Of a stretch of DNA of 64,000 bases, positions 31,434 to 45,726 are shown piece by piece (position 1 is the stretch's first letter; the number at the start of each line of letters is the position of its first letter). The position numbers and the translations under genes were made by a program. Origin of the DNA: Eledone cirrhosa (lineage: Eukaryota); the NCBI GenBank assembly GCA_964016885.1, contig OZ024742.1, positions 322,152,001 through 322,216,000 of the forward strand, read 5' to 3'. The notes below the pieces were generated by a model, which had not been told where the DNA came from, did not search any database, and saw only the letters and a program-made list of their open reading frames with translations.

Positions 31434-31488
31434 AATAAACCTTTCAAGGATTTACACCAGTCCAGCCTCCTGTTATTTCATTTATATA

Positions 31489-31631
<143 letters not shown>

Positions 31632-32447
31632 TATATAAATATATATATATATAAATATATATATATATAATTAAGTTAAAGTGTACATCTACATATGTAT
31701 ACGGAAGTACTAGTATGCATATAAATACACACATGTATACATATGTACATGTACCGAGTTTTTCACTAGACACTGTACAGTGAGTGTCAGCTAGTCTGTA
31801 TGTAAACAAACAGACGAACCGGGTTTTAAAGTCATACGAGTTTTCACATGTACATATGTATACATGCGTAGAGGCATACGGCGTTTCTTGGTCATTTTTA
31901 GCCTGGCGAAGCCCATCTCCTTTCTAAGTCTGAACATATCAGCTTTCTCCCAGAGAAGGGTTGAGAGTGAGAGAGAGAAAGCGAGAAAGAGATATAGAGG
32001 AAGAATCGACCCCAATATTAGACTGGTTCTTTTTTATCGACTTTTAATTAATGTTGACCTTGTCGGTATATGAACTCAGAGATCAGAGAGCAAGAATGAA
32101 TATCGCAGATCATCCTATCCAACGTTCTAACGACGCTGTCAATTCGCCACATAATCCTAGGTATATTATGTCTAAAAAATAAATTGAATTAAATTAAAGC
32201 GATGGTTATAATTATCGCGGGAATAGATTTGATCGCAAGTCTGAAGAATAACGGCTGACCTGGGGTTAAAGAAAATTAATCAAAACAACTCGCTGGTCAA
32301 CATAATCTGGGATACACTGTAAGTGGAAAGGAAGAATGCAAGATGATCACCACATAAAGAAGTGCTGGTTCTCCCCAGACCTAGGGTTAAATAACTATAT
32401 CTCACCAAAGACGCTGCAACAGCCGTACTGCAAAAGAAGATAAAAAT

Positions 32448-32611
32448 AATTGTTTCTACTTTTGGCACAAGGCCAGCAATTACCCAGTGTATTACTGGTA
32501 CTTTATTTTATCGACCCCGTAAGGATGAAAGGCAAAGTTAACCTCGGCGGGATTTGAACTCAGACCGTAAAGGGACGTAACTCTATGCTTCAAAGCATAG
32601 TGTCCGACTCT
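32448..32611 (-). mobile_element. tRNA-derived SINE, family S1
   Basis: Reverse complement of S1, missing the extreme 5' end. Confidence 0.8.
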
Positions 32612-32806
32612 CTCTAAAAGAAGATAAAAATAATAAGCACAAATTTGAGACAAGAAGTTCATTCGTCTGCGATATTGAAGTCAAACATGTCCCGTGGGAT
32701 ATATGTGTGTGCGTGTGCGTGTGTGTGTGTGTGTACATATACATTCATACATACATACATACATACATACAAACATACATATAATTAGAAATTTATATAC
32801 GTATGC

Positions 32807-32846
<40 letters not shown>

Positions 32847-32994
32847 ATCGGGTTCAATCGGGGGTAACCACAGTAAGTAAGATACTCGATACATAGCAGA
32901 GTATACATTTTTAATATAGAAATGGCTTCTATAGGACTAGAACTGTTTCATTCGAAGTAAATCATTCCTGATGATTTCCTTCTAGTCTCTCACT

Positions 32995-33027
<33 letters not shown>

Positions 33028-33031
<4 letters not shown>

Positions 33032-33420
33032 CGGGGTGGGTATTCGGTTTGGTGCTCGAACTCGCAGTTAGCCCTCCGGGAATGAGAGACGCCTGGTTCT
33101 TGTAAGGAGATCATTCTAGAAGGAAAACTCTATAAAACCTGCGACTCGATGGGAGTCAATGATATTGACCTGCTTTTCTTTTTGGTTACCTGTTATCGTT
33201 ATTTAGAATATGGGATTGGTCCAGTGCAAGGCCTTTCTTCACTTAACGACTTTCACGCGTGCTGCGCGAACGCAGCCTTTTCTTTGTATTTGTTTTCTTT
33301 CGCTGCAACAATGCAGAAAGGAATCTTAGCAGGTTTAAAAAGTCCTCATGTTCGTGCCACCCATGTCTGAGAAAAAGTTCAAGGGATGGCAATTCTCTAA
33401 ACCAAGATGCAGGTATTACA
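33028..33420 (+). mobile_element. Diverged R1-related element
   Basis: CTAGAAGGAAAACTCT..GTCAATGATATTGACCTGCTTTTCTTTTTGGT matches the R1 minus strand. Confidence 0.55.
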
Positions 33421-33453
33421 TATGTATGTATATATATGTGTATATATACATAC

Positions 33454-33493
<40 letters not shown>

Positions 33494-33498
<5 letters not shown>

Positions 33499-33711
33499 AA
33501 CCAGTAAGACCCCGACAGCTGAGCTCAAGCCGTTTCGACGGCTAATTCTGGACTAAATGAAAATTTTCATTTAGTCCAGAATTAGCCGTCGAAACGGCTT
33601 GAGCTCAGCTGTCGGGGTCTTACTGGTTCCTATTACCCACTCTACTACCTCAAGTATTGAGTACTTTGGTGCGTTATGGTCCACCTGGTTCCTTACCACA
33701 TTTCCTTCGTT
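33494..33711 (+). mobile_element. Fold-back copy of HHR family B (~140-bp palindrome + tail) in (TA)n
   Basis: Palindrome centred ~33563; the right arm carries GAAAC-GGCTTGAGCTCAGCT-GTC-GGGG (3' half of an HHR). Confidence 0.8.
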
Positions 33712-33902
33712 ATATATATATATATATATATATAGCTGACCTTGTCAAAGGCCTTCGCAAAGTCAAGATGTATCCACATCTGAGCTGTCCAGTATTTGTT
33801 TCAGTACCCAGTCATATATGTATATATATATATATGTGTGTATATATATAGATATATCACAGAAAAAAAGAGAATCAGTGTTGCGACGAATGGAATTTAT
33901 TG

Positions 33903-33998
33903 GACATATTATAATCGTTTCTCTGGCGACCAGCTCGAGGCATGATCGATGTGATGATCGAACCTGACTCTGAAAATCGCAAGGTCCTCAGATACGTC
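33903..33998 (-). ncRNA. Type I hammerhead ribozyme (one stem III mismatch)
   Basis: GACGUAU-CUGAGGA-c-CUUGCGA...UCGCCAG-a-GAAAC-GAUU-AUA-AUAUGUC; 7-bp stem I. Confidence 0.6.
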
Positions 33999-34022
33999 TT
34001 GCTTCTATGAAGCAGATTTTCC

Positions 34023-34150
<128 letters not shown>

Positions 34151-34519
34151 TTTATATACATATATTTATATATATATATTTATATATATATATTTATATA
34201 CATATATTTATATATATATATTTATATACATATATTTATATATATATATTTATATACATATATTTATATATATATATTTATATACATATATTTATATATA
34301 TATATTTATATACATATATTTATATATATATGTCAACTCCCGTCTAACCCATGGTAGCGTGGAAAATGGACGTTAAAAGAAGATGATGATATATATATAC
34401 ATATATATTAAAGAGTTAAACAAGATTCAATGAGTACATCAAAGAATGAGTTTTACAGTAGGTTACCTTGATTAAATCTTAACCATTTAACATATCAGGG
34501 TATGTCATGTATCATTATA

Positions 34520-34570
34520 TTCTATCTGATGAGGACATACTGTTGTACCTCTGAAATATGTATAATGAAA
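34520..34570 (+). ncRNA. Type I hammerhead ribozyme (slightly degenerate)
   Basis: UUCUAU-CUGAUGA-GGACAUA..CCUCU-GAA-AUAUGUAU-A-AUGAAA; same family as 42920. Confidence 0.55.
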
Positions 34571-34611
34571 TGTAATTGATCAAAAGAACATCTATTTTAT
34601 TAATATTTGTA

Positions 34612-34665
<54 letters not shown>

Positions 34666-34668
<3 letters not shown>

Positions 34669-35902
34669 CTTGGTATTGAAACAAATGCTGGACAGCTCAC
34701 ATGTGGACGTGATATATCTTGACTTTGCGAAGGCCTTTGACAAGGTCGACCAGGGAATGATATGTCACAAACTACACAGACTCGGTATAACTGGAAAAGT
34801 AGGTGAGTGGCTGCATGATTTCTTAAAAGACAGGAGTTGTACCCAGTGGAGCCCTTTGAAAGGAAACATCAATAACAAGTGGGGCGCCCCAGAGCACAGT
34901 CTTGGGACCACTACTGTTTTTGGTGGCTCTCTCAGCCATCTTCTCTGTAGTACACACAACACTAGCTCTGCTGATGACACAAAGGTAGCACAGGCAATCA
35001 AAAACCCGGCTGATGTTGCCCTTTTACAAGATCTGGATGCCATACACAAATGGACTGAGGACAACAAAATGCTATAAAATGTCAAGCCCTACAATACCAA
35101 CCTGCTAACACAAAGACAGTACAACACAGCTACACCGGACCAGGAGGGATTGAAATCCCCGTGTTGAAATCGATACGAGACCTGGGGATAGACATCAGCG
35201 ACGATGCATCTTTCTCTTCACACATCATGAGGGTGGCGACAATGAGCAGACGACTCGCTGGCTGGATCTTGAGGACTTTCAGGACATTTGTCCTAAGCCG
35301 ACTGGACTAATGTTCCCAACTGCGGTCACCCCCTAGTATCAAACTAACCACGGAACTTGAGGCACTCCAACGAAGCTATACCAAGAGGATTGCCACGATG
35401 AAGGAGATAAGCTACTAGGAGAGGCTAAAAGAACTGAACCTCTACTCCTTGGAACGAAGACGGGAGAGATACGCAGTCATATACATATGGAAAATCCTGG
35501 AGGAACTAGCACCAAACTTTGGCATTGAAAGCTGGACCAACCCCCGAACAGGACGTCACTGTGTGGTGTCAAAAGTCCCGTCTTTCACATCTAGAATAAG
35601 GAGTAGATATTGCAATAGCCTGGGGTTCAAAGGCCCTCAACTCTTCAACAAGCTGCCGAGGGATCTGAGAGATCTGCATGGTGTGGACGTGGATGTTTTC
35701 AAGAAACATCTTGACACTCTGTTATCCAGGATCTCGGATGAGCCCACAGCACGGTACGAAGGCAACCTAAGGGCAGCAGCAACGAACTCCCTCTTACACC
35801 AATGGCCAGCCAACTCAGGCTGAGGATAGAGCGTGTAGCAACAAGCGCATCGCTCTTGCATGACCTCAACTGCATGCCTGGAACAGGTAAAAGAGTAAAA
35901 GA
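34666..35902 (+). mobile_element. 5'-truncated, disrupted CR1/L2-type LINE (RT domain to 3' end)
   Basis: DVIYLDFAKAFDKV, ADDTK, LQDLDAIHKW, RDLG, LERRRERY and FKGPQLFNKLP; stops and frameshifts; tail CAGGTAAAAGAGTAAAAGA; (TA)n on both sides. Confidence 0.85.
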
Positions 35903-35959
<57 letters not shown>

Positions 35960-36021
35960 TATACTAGTGAATATTTTCCCCTATAGTCCTGTTTTAACTA
36001 CAAACAATATACACATATATG

Positions 36022-36133
<112 letters not shown>

Positions 36134-36523
36134 TGTATATATATATGTATATATATATGTATGTATATATATATATATACATATATGTGTATATTGTTTG
36201 TAGTTAAAACAGGACTATAGGGGAAAATATTCACTAGTACACTGTTGCTCTCATTACTCACTCAATGAGACAAGATTTAAAAGTATTAAACGTGTAAATC
36301 TGTACAAAGGTTATTTGTAATGAGTATGGTAGCACATTTTCCTGGACCATGGTTTCCATGATGCAGACTGATCAAATACGTACGTTCGCAACTCGCTTTT
36401 CACAGTAGCTGCACAATGCAAAATATATAGGCCACTAACCACATCGCTTTATCAACGGGCGCTCTCTGGGTGGTAACAGGACGAAATTAGCCAAATAACT
36501 ACCTATTAACACGGACAACCTTA

Positions 36524-36586
<63 letters not shown>

Positions 36587-36596
36587 AAAAAGTATG

Positions 36597-36692
36597 ACCC
36601 CGACGGCAGAGCTGAAGCCGTTTCGACGGCTATTTCAGGACTAAATTAGAATTTTTAGTCTGGTGAATAAATAGCCGAACTTTTCAAGGGGG
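36597..36692 (-). ncRNA. Type I hammerhead ribozyme, U3-A8 core variant (family B)
   Basis: CCCC-UUGAAAA-g..CGGCUAUUU...AAAUAGCCG..GAA-ACGGC(uucagcucu)GCCGU-C-GGGG. Confidence 0.7.
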
Positions 36693-36721
36693 TACTTCCT
36701 TATATGGGAAGATTGTAGTAG

Positions 36722-36801
<80 letters not shown>

Positions 36802-37051
36802 AATAAGGGCGCTGCGGAGTTGCAAATGGGTTACATATGAAAAAAGTTTGTCCTTCATCAGTGATCTTCCAACTATCATAGGCATTTCATCGCTTTAAAG
36901 ACCATATACCTCCGGTTGGTGCGAGCAACGGCTAAAAAAAGTCGTTGGGACACGTAAATAAAGGGGACGCGAGGGTAAACAAACAAAATGGTGAGGCAAC
37001 AGAAAGTGAGGAAGAAGGAGACAAGTCCCAGATTTCTATGAATTTAAGTTC

Positions 37052-37104
<53 letters not shown>

Positions 37105-37180
37105 TAGATAGATATATTAAAATAACAGGTTGCAACGTTTTTTGAAATATTTACTTCTGCGTTCACAGATTGATTTTTTT

Positions 37181-37231
37181 AGTTTCAGAAGATCCCGTTA
37201 AGGATGAAAGCAGCGATTCTTTGCTTAAACT
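37181..37231 (+). ncRNA. Hammerhead-like motif with CAGAAGA (U4A) core
   Basis: AGUUU-CAGAAGA-UCC(cguuaa)GGA-u-GAA-AGCA(gcgauucuu)UGCU-U-AAACU: all three helices present. Confidence 0.55.
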
Positions 37232-37338
37232 TTAATCTGTTATTTTAATAAATATTTGGTCTACGGTTCTTATATATTTGATATATATTTATCCTTATCA
37301 AGCCTTCTTTGGATTTTAGTCTTCAAATTTATTATTAT

Positions 37339-37552
<214 letters not shown>

Positions 37553-38250
37553 ATATATTTATGTTCATTATACGGATTTGTATAAAGCTGTGACCCTTTC
37601 AGGTTCGGTAATGCGCCCCTTTGAGGTCTGTGCCATAAGCCGCTGCCTAGTTGGCCTTCAATGTAACACCGTCATTGGTGGTGGAGGTTGTCCAGAATAT
37701 ATAGGTCGGATTCCACGAATTTTGGTAAACTATCTAAGGGTTCCGTGACATTTAAAATGTCGTGTAGAGTTTCGGTGACAACTTATACATTCAGGAAGCC
37801 CTGGTTTAGATAAATTAACGCGTTTCACATAACTTCCTAACATATTGAGTGCTTTGTTTTTTGAATACCCTTCTTCCCACCAACAGCCACATCTTAAAGA
37901 TATTTGTATAAATTGACACATATATATATATGTATTTATGTGTGGGTAGGTAGGTGTGGATATATATATATATATATGAGACAGAGAAATGTTCATGCGT
38001 ATTAATGTATATATAAATGTATGGTTGTATGTGTATACACCTACAGCAAAGGAACACCCAGATAATTGACAACAGATATTCCGCGCTGGTATATATATGT
38101 ATGTATGTCCGTGCCTACACACAAAAGCACATATACATACATACATACACAGATACACATATCCGTACATATACACACATTCAATTGTACACTCAGACAC
38201 ACACACTCAGACACTCACACACACCTCATCACTATATATAAGTACAAATA

Positions 38251-38391
<141 letters not shown>

Positions 38392-38522
38392 CTCGTCAAA
38401 GATGAAGGGGTGGAGAGTAAACGAATGTTTAATTTATACTTCCTTGATTACAACATTCTATGTTAATGACGCTAGTTGCTGAGTTTTCCTTCGTCAATCA
38501 TCACTTTATCTATCTATATACA

Positions 38523-38756
38523 TGGTGGCTGCCAACTCGTTTTCGAGTACGGCCCGTACTTTATATCCATGTAGGAGAACTCCTACCGATGCGCTGAATG
38601 AGTGTGAGTTCTTAGTCCAGCCAACGACTTGAAAACTCTGGTACAAACACTACACTTGTGACAATTATTGACACATAGTGCTGGGCCCATGGTACCATGT
38701 GACGACAAGTGCAGAGAGATCTCCAGATATAAAACAATGCCTGTGCCGTGAAGCTT
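38523..38756 (-). mobile_element. Family R1 3' fragment
   Basis: Homologous to 9925-10160; encodes HKCSVCTRVFKSLAGLRTHTHSAHR on the minus strand. Confidence 0.7.
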
Positions 38757-39450
38757 GTACCTGATTTTGGAGTCGCAGAAACCAATACTGGATTTTACCA
38801 TCAGTCCAGGGTCCGGGAAAGTATCAACACATATATTTTTATTGTTTGACCCGAATTACTTGGTCGTTTGTTTTGGCTGTGCGGATGATATGTTTAACCA
38901 TCATCTCAGTGTGTTTGGCCCTTAACGTATGTTGTAGCTCTGATTCACATGAATCATCGAGCGCTTGCCACACATATCGGATGTTGATTTTCGTTAATTC
39001 CTGTGCTGAAATACGATTCTCGCTAATTTATATTTATATATACATATATATATATTTGGTGGCTGCCAACTCGTTTTCGAGTACGGCCACTACTTTATAT
39101 CCATGTAGGAGAACTCCTACGACTGTGACTTTTTAGTCCAGCCAGCGACTTGAAAACTCTGGTACAAACACTACGCTTGTAACAATTATTGACACATAGT
39201 GCTGGGCCCATGGTACCATGTGACGACAAGTAAAGGGAGATCTCCAGATATAAAGCAATGCCTGTGCCGTGAAGCTTTTATAGTGAGCAAAGGCACTGCA
39301 CAAAGCCAGTCCCACTCTCTTAACCAAGATGATATTTACCAAAAAGAAGAACAAGTCAACATCATTGGATACCAGCAGGGTTGCAGGTGTTATATCAGAG
39401 TTTTCCTTCTCCTAGAATTCTGCCTTGACAAAGGCTAAGGGGTCATCTCT
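38757..39450 (+). repeat. ~690-bp segment duplicated at 50079-50772
   Basis: Near-identical sequence, including the internal short (TA)n and the R1 element. Confidence 0.9.
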
Positions 39451-39592
39451 CCCGGTGATTTTGGATGGCCATTGACTCTTAAGAGCTCCTTTGCCCTTTG
39501 ACAGGTTTTGTTTTTATTCCTGCAGGATGTCCAAAGTCACCCTCCTCACCAAGAAACCTTGGTGGGGTTGCCAGTTTAGTCGCCAACGACCC
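39058..39592 (-). mobile_element. Family R1 copy
   Basis: Co-linear with 9925-10475. Confidence 0.75.
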
Positions 39593-39819
39593 GCTTATCT
39601 ATCTATCTATCTACATGTTAACTATTTCTCTCCCCCGCCCCCCCCCCCCCTCTCTCTCTATATATATATATATATAGGAAAAGAGTCAGGACCCCGACAG
39701 CTGAGCTCCAGTCGCTTCAACAGCCGTCGTGGTCCTATTACTCACTCTACAACCTTAAGTATCGAGTACTCTGGCGCGTTATGGTCCACCTGGTTCCTTA
39801 CCACACTTACTTCGTTATA

Positions 39820-39871
<52 letters not shown>

Positions 39872-40574
39872 AGTACAGCATAGACGAAGCTCTAGTATAC
39901 GGCCAAGCTAGCGTGTATGCTTATTCGGTTTGTAGCTGTAGCACTCATATGAGGTAAGACCCCAGAGTATAACATTATGTTCAGACAGCTTAGCAAATTA
40001 GATATAGCAGTCGGCAGTCCGACCGCATCACTAGAGCAACGAAAATACAGGACCCAGGTAAAGATTTTTTACTGACCTGGACATAACGCTGAGGCTGGGT
40101 GTAAAATATACAATCCACATGGTGTTTCCACAATATTGATCGCAAAATCGCACGCAGCGACAGCGCTAAGTTTCTGCAAATCCATGATCGACAAATTCCT
40201 ATTGCAGGAGTCTGCAATATAATGGTTTTTGACGACAGAACATAGGATTTACTTCTTCAGCAAGTCTTTCGTTCTTAGCCAAAGCGTGTATGCTGTAACT
40301 TTAAAGGTCGCCACAGACACATGGTTTTGTCCGAAGGGAGGTAACCCCCGCTTAGGCGGTGTATTCTAATTTGAGATAAAGGAATGAATTCCCTATATAA
40401 ATAGATAAATAAATGCTATTGTTAAATAATAAATAAATCAACTAATACCTTAACACTTCACACAAAGTAAAACATTTCGTTTTAATCATTTTCTAACCCA
40501 GAAAAGAGAGAGAGAGAGACAAGAAAAGGAAAAAAATATATTTTTCTTCCTTATAATCGTCTCTTTCTCTCTGT

Positions 40575-40629
<55 letters not shown>

Positions 40630-40636
<7 letters not shown>

Positions 40637-42362
40637 ACAGAGAGAAAGAGACGATTATAAAGAAGAAAAATATATTTGTTTCCTTTTCTTGTCTCTCTCT
40701 CTTTTCTGGGTTAGAAAATGATTAAAACGAAATGTTTTACTTTGTGTGAAGTGTTAAGGTATTAGTTGATTTATTTATTATTTAACAATGGCATTTATTT
40801 ATCTATTTATATATTTAATTATTGTCTATTACCGGTTTCTGCATTTATATGCATTATCAAATGATGGTGAAATGTATTAGTGTAGTGTCGCACATGTTAA
40901 ACAGAAGGTGCAGAAAGAATAATGTTATATAAAAACAAGGTTTAAGAAGTGAAAAGAAAAAAGAAAAAGGAAAAAAAACGTGCATAATGTGGAACGTAAA
41001 AAGTTAATGTGGAAGAAAAAATAATGTTATTTACAAGCACAGTCATTGAAGTTAAGCAGATCAAAATGTGTTAATATCGCCAGAGTGCTTAGTTGATCCA
41101 AGGTTCCGTGAAGGAGGCAAATGGTGGACTGTGGTTTGATATGATTTCCCTTTTTAGAGAGTTAATATGCAGGGGGAAGCAATTCTTGCTGGGTGATATT
41201 TAATTTATTTAAGAAAAAGGATTAGGTAGGGTGTGAGGGAGGTAACTCTTGTAAATGTTTGATGGTTTGTTGCAGTTTTAGAATGGTCCGATTTTTAGGG
41301 CATTGAGTAGTGGTTGAAATTTATTAATGAAATGTGTTTCCTTATTGGTGCGTTGGATGAAAGTAGCGTTGTCTATGAATTTGTAAATGGGGAAAATTTT
41401 AAAGTTTGGATGTTGGTTGAGAGCACAATTGGCGATATTTTCACTAAATGCAATCTTTCTGTATTTCTGTATTTTAATTTGTGATTTATGGACGGTCATA
41501 CGTTGACGGAGGCTATTTTTTGTCTGTCCTATGTAGTGCTCTTGACAACCTGAGCAGGTCAAAACATAGATAAGGTTTTCAGATGCACATGTAAAGTTGT
41601 GTTTAACTGTGAAACGTTGTCCTTGTTTAAAATGGAATGTTGAACCTTCTATTAGATTTATGCATATGCCACAGTTGGGCCTTCCGCATTTTGTTACTGT
41701 AGGGTTTATTGTGAGGGTTTGTTGGATTTTGGCTTGTGTGAGGATGTTTTTTATGGATTTGGGTTGTCTTTTGCTCTTTATGATGTTGTGTGTTTGGAGG
41801 ATATTGTTCATTCTTGGGTCTCTTTTTAGTAAAGGAATGTTCTGGAGGATGGTGTCGAATGCCTCATTGTTGAGGGGTTTGTGTGTGGAGATGTATGGTA
41901 GAGTTTTTTGTTGCGGCTCACTCCTGGGTTTGGGGTGTCTGAGTTCCTGGATGTCTAGTTTTAGGGCACGTTGGAATCTATTGGTATTTAGGGATGATAG
42001 GTAATTTCTGCTGATAAGTGTGTTTTTTTAATTCTTCTAGTCGTGTGTAGCATGTGTATTTATCTGAAACTATTGTGCAGATCCTCTGGCTCGGTTATAA
42101 GTAATTGCCATTTTGGTGTGTCTAGGGTGGCACGAGTTGAATGGAAGGTATTGTTTGGAGTCTGTGGGTTTGTAGTATATGTCTGTTTCTATTTTGTTGC
42201 TTGTTTTCTTGATGAGGATGTCGAGGAAAGGGAGTTGTTCATGGCTGTAATCCATTGTGAATTGTAAGTTAGTATTGAGCTCATTCAGAAGGGTTTTGAA
42301 CTCAAACAGTCTATTTATACTTTCATGCCAGATGAAGCAGTCATCCAGATATCTCTTCCAGT

Positions 42363-42365
<3 letters not shown>
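40630..42365 (-). mobile_element. 5'-truncated Penelope-like element (RT end, thumb, GIY-YIG, 3' pseudo-LTR)
   Basis: Minus strand: [35 protein letters not shown], then ORF 41811-41278 with CGRPNCGIC, NLIYVLTC..C...YIGQT...LRQRM..H. The terminal segment 40630-40810 is inverted at 40395-40580. Confidence 0.9.
40826..40864 (-). ncRNA. Hammerhead ribozyme (U3-A8 core) in the PLE 3' region
   Basis: UUGAUAA-UGCAU(auaa)AUGCA-GAA-ACCGGU-A; weak stem I. Confidence 0.55.
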
Positions 42366-42426
<61 letters not shown>

Positions 42427-42569
42427 GGAAAAAATGAAACGAAATTTCATTTCTCACTCTTAGTACGGCTGTTACTTAAATATAAGTATGTATACGTACA
42501 TACATATATGTATACAGACGTACATATATATATATATATATATGTATATGTATATATATATGTATATGT

Positions 42570-42601
<32 letters not shown>

Positions 42602-42602
42602 G

Positions 42603-42664
<62 letters not shown>

Positions 42665-42708
42665 TGATATATTAACAAATGGAAACTGTATTTATAAAAC
42701 CATATTTA

Positions 42709-42769
42709 TTTCATTATACATATTTCAAGGACACCAAAGCAAATTATGGTGCGCTTTCATCAGATAAAA
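42709..42769 (-). ncRNA. Type I hammerhead ribozyme
   Basis: Inverted copy of 42920-42980 in a ~350-bp palindrome (42668-43022) centred ~42845. Confidence 0.75.
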
Positions 42770-42919
42770 TATAATATAGATCAGTTTTATAAACAAATAT
42801 TGACATACCCTTAAAGAATGCGATCATGTCAGTTGGAAGCTTCCGGGAGCTTCCAACTGACATGGTCGCATTCTTTAAGGGTATGTCAATATTTGTTTAG
42901 AAAACTGATTTATATTATA

Positions 42920-42980
42920 TTTTATCTGATGAAAGCGCACCATAATTTGCTTTGGTGTCCTTGAAATATGTATAATGAAA
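42920..42980 (+). ncRNA. Type I hammerhead ribozyme
   Basis: UUUUAU-CUGAUGA-AAG-c-GCACCA...UGGUGU-c-CUU-GAA-AUAUGUAU-A-AUGAAA. Confidence 0.75.
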
Positions 42981-43162
42981 TAAATATGGTTTTATAAATA
43001 TAATTTCCATTTGTTAATATATTGTATTTTTACTCAAATAATTTGTTGAGTGCTTTATATCAGTTATAAAAATATTTTCTTGTTGTATCCCAACAAATTA
43101 AATATAACTTCTACAAATATATATATATATATATATATACATATATATATACATAAATATAC

Positions 43163-43408
<246 letters not shown>

Positions 43409-43568
43409 TAGAATTGGAGCTCTGAAATAGCAATATATATATGGATGTATATATAATCTATTTTGCAATACACTTTATGCTTAATTAAAAGCATTTTGAA
43501 GACCGTAAGCTATTGTTTTAAAGTAGTGACAAATTCACTTACTTTGATCTCAGCAAACAGGGGAGATA

Positions 43569-43612
43569 AGCCGACAAGTCTTGTTTCGCTTTGGTTGAAG
43601 CTTATCAAGGCC
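43569..43612 (-). ncRNA. Type I hammerhead ribozyme, U3-A8 core
   Basis: Reverse complement of 43919-43962. Confidence 0.8.
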
Positions 43613-43918
43613 AACTACCGCTCCTGTCTACCGAGATCACTGATGTTATATTCTTATAGAAATCTAGTAAATAATCAGGAGCTGATTATGCAGAGCGGTT
43701 GTTGGTCAGGCAGAAATTAAAAATTAGAATTGGAGCTCTGAAATAGCAATATATATATGGATGTATATATAATGTATTTTGCAATACACTTTATGCTTAA
43801 TTAAAAGCATTTTGAAGACCGTAAGCTATTGTTTTAAAGTAGTGACAAATTCACTTACTTTGATCTCAGCAAACTAAGAATATAACATCAGTGATCTCGG
43901 TAGACAGGAGGGGTAGTT

Positions 43919-43962
43919 GGCCTTGATAAGCTTCAACCAAAGCGAAACAAGACTTGTCGGCT
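43919..43962 (+). ncRNA. Type I hammerhead ribozyme, U3-A8 core
   Basis: GGCC-UUGAUAA-GCUU(caacca)AAGC-GAA-ACAAG(a)CUUGU-C-GGCU, enclosed by a 16-bp distal helix (43893-43908 / 43970-43985). Confidence 0.8.
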
Positions 43963-44483
43963 TATCTCCCCTGTTTGCTGAGATCAAAGTAAGTGAATTT
44001 GTCACTACTTTAAAACAATAGCTTACGGTCTTCAAAATGCTTTTAATTAAGCATAAAGTGTATTGCAAAATACATTATATATACATCTATATATATAGAA
44101 ATTGGAATAAATGCTCTGAAATAGCGATATATATGTGAATATAGACATAGAATATTCGAAAATATTCTGTATGTTTATAATAAACATTTTGAAGACCTAA
44201 TCGCTATAGAATAGAATACGTCACGTATTACAATTAGATTCTCGATAAAAGCAAGGGAAGTAATCTACGCGTTTCATTCTTGTTAGAAATCATCATTATA
44301 AACATACAGAATATTTTCGAATATTCTATGTCTATATTCACATATATATCGCTATTTCAGAGCATTTATTCCAATTTCTAATTTCTGCCGGACCGGCAAC
44401 CGCTCTTTCAAACCAGTTCCTGTACACAGCTAAGTATTCTATAAGTCTCTAGCTGTGTCATTCTCGATAAAAGCACTGGATAT

Positions 44484-44526
44484 GTAGTCCTGATGATTTC
44501 TAACAAGAATGAAACGCGTAGATTAC
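44484..44526 (+). ncRNA. Minimal type I hammerhead ribozyme (unit 1)
   Basis: GUAGUC-CUGAUGA-u-UUC(uaacaa)GAA-u-GAA-ACGCGU-A-GAUUAC; cleavage predicted after 44520. Confidence 0.88.
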
Positions 44527-44783
44527 TTCCCTTGCTTTTATCGAGAATCTAATTGTAATACGTGACGTATTCTATTCTATAGCGATTAGGTCTTCAAAAT
44601 GTTTATTATAAACATACAGAATATTTTCGAATATTCTATGTCTATATTCACATATATATCGCTATTTCAGAGCATTTATTCCAATTTCTAATTTCTGCCG
44701 GACCGGCAACCGCTCTTTCAAACCAGTTCCTGTACACAGCTAAGTATTCTATAAGTCTCTAGCTGTGTCATTCTCGATAAAAG

Positions 44784-44826
44784 CACTGGATATGTAGTCC
44801 TGATGATTTCTAACAAGAATGAAACG
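44784..44826 (+). ncRNA. Minimal type I hammerhead ribozyme (unit 2)
   Basis: Identical to 44484-44526. Confidence 0.88.
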
Positions 44827-45083
44827 CGTAGATTACTTCCCTTGCTTTTATCGAGAATCTAATTGTAATACGTGACGTATTCTATTCTATAGCGATTAGG
44901 TCTTCAAAATGTTTATTATAAACATACAGAATATTTTCGAATATTCTATGTCTATATTCACATATATATCGCTATTTCAGAGCATTTATTCCAATTTCTA
45001 ATTTCTGCCGGACCGGCAACCGCTCTTTCAAACCAGTTCCTGTACACAGCTAAGTATTCTATAAGTCTCTAGCTGTGTCATTC

Positions 45084-45126
45084 TCGATAAAAGCACTGGA
45101 TATGTAGTCCTGATGATTTCTAACAA
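45084..45126 (+). ncRNA. Minimal type I hammerhead ribozyme (unit 3)
   Basis: Identical to 44484-44526. Confidence 0.88.
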
Positions 45127-45383
45127 GAATGAAACGCGTAGATTACTTCCCTTGCTTTTATCGAGAATCTAATTGTAATACGTGACGTATTCTATTCTAT
45201 AGCGATTAGGTCTTCAAAATGTTTATTATAAACATACAGAATATTTTCGAATATTCTATGTCTATATTCACATATATATCGCTATTTCAGAGCATTTATT
45301 CCAATTTCTAATTTCTGCCGGACCGGCAACCGCTCTTTCAAACCAGTTCCTGTACACAGCTAAGTATTCTATAAGTCTCTAGC

Positions 45384-45426
45384 TGTGTCATTCTCGATAA
45401 AAGCACTGGATATGTAGTCCTGATGA
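45384..45426 (+). ncRNA. Minimal type I hammerhead ribozyme (unit 4)
   Basis: Identical to 44484-44526. Confidence 0.88.
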
Positions 45427-45683
45427 TTTCTAACAAGAATGAAACGCGTAGATTACTTCCCTTGCTTTTATCGAGAATCTAATTGTAATACGTGACGTAT
45501 TCTATTCTATAGCGATTAGGTCTTCAAAATGTTTATTATAAACATACAGAATATTTTCGAATATTCTATGTCTATATTCACATATATATCGCTATTTCAG
45601 AGCATTTATTCCAATTTCTAATTTCTGCCGGACCGGCAACCGCTCTTTCAAACCAGTTCCTGTACACAGCTAAGTATTCTATA

Positions 45684-45726
45684 AGTCTCTAGCTGTGTCA
45701 TTCTCGATAAAAGCACTGGATATGTA
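45684..45726 (+). ncRNA. Minimal type I hammerhead ribozyme (unit 5)
   Basis: Identical to 44484-44526. Confidence 0.88.

Larger units (their letters stand above)
30960..31485. mobile_element. Inverted-repeat HHR element
   Basis: 31125-31237 is inverted at 31370-31485; a further fragment of the family lies at 5680-5875. Confidence 0.75.
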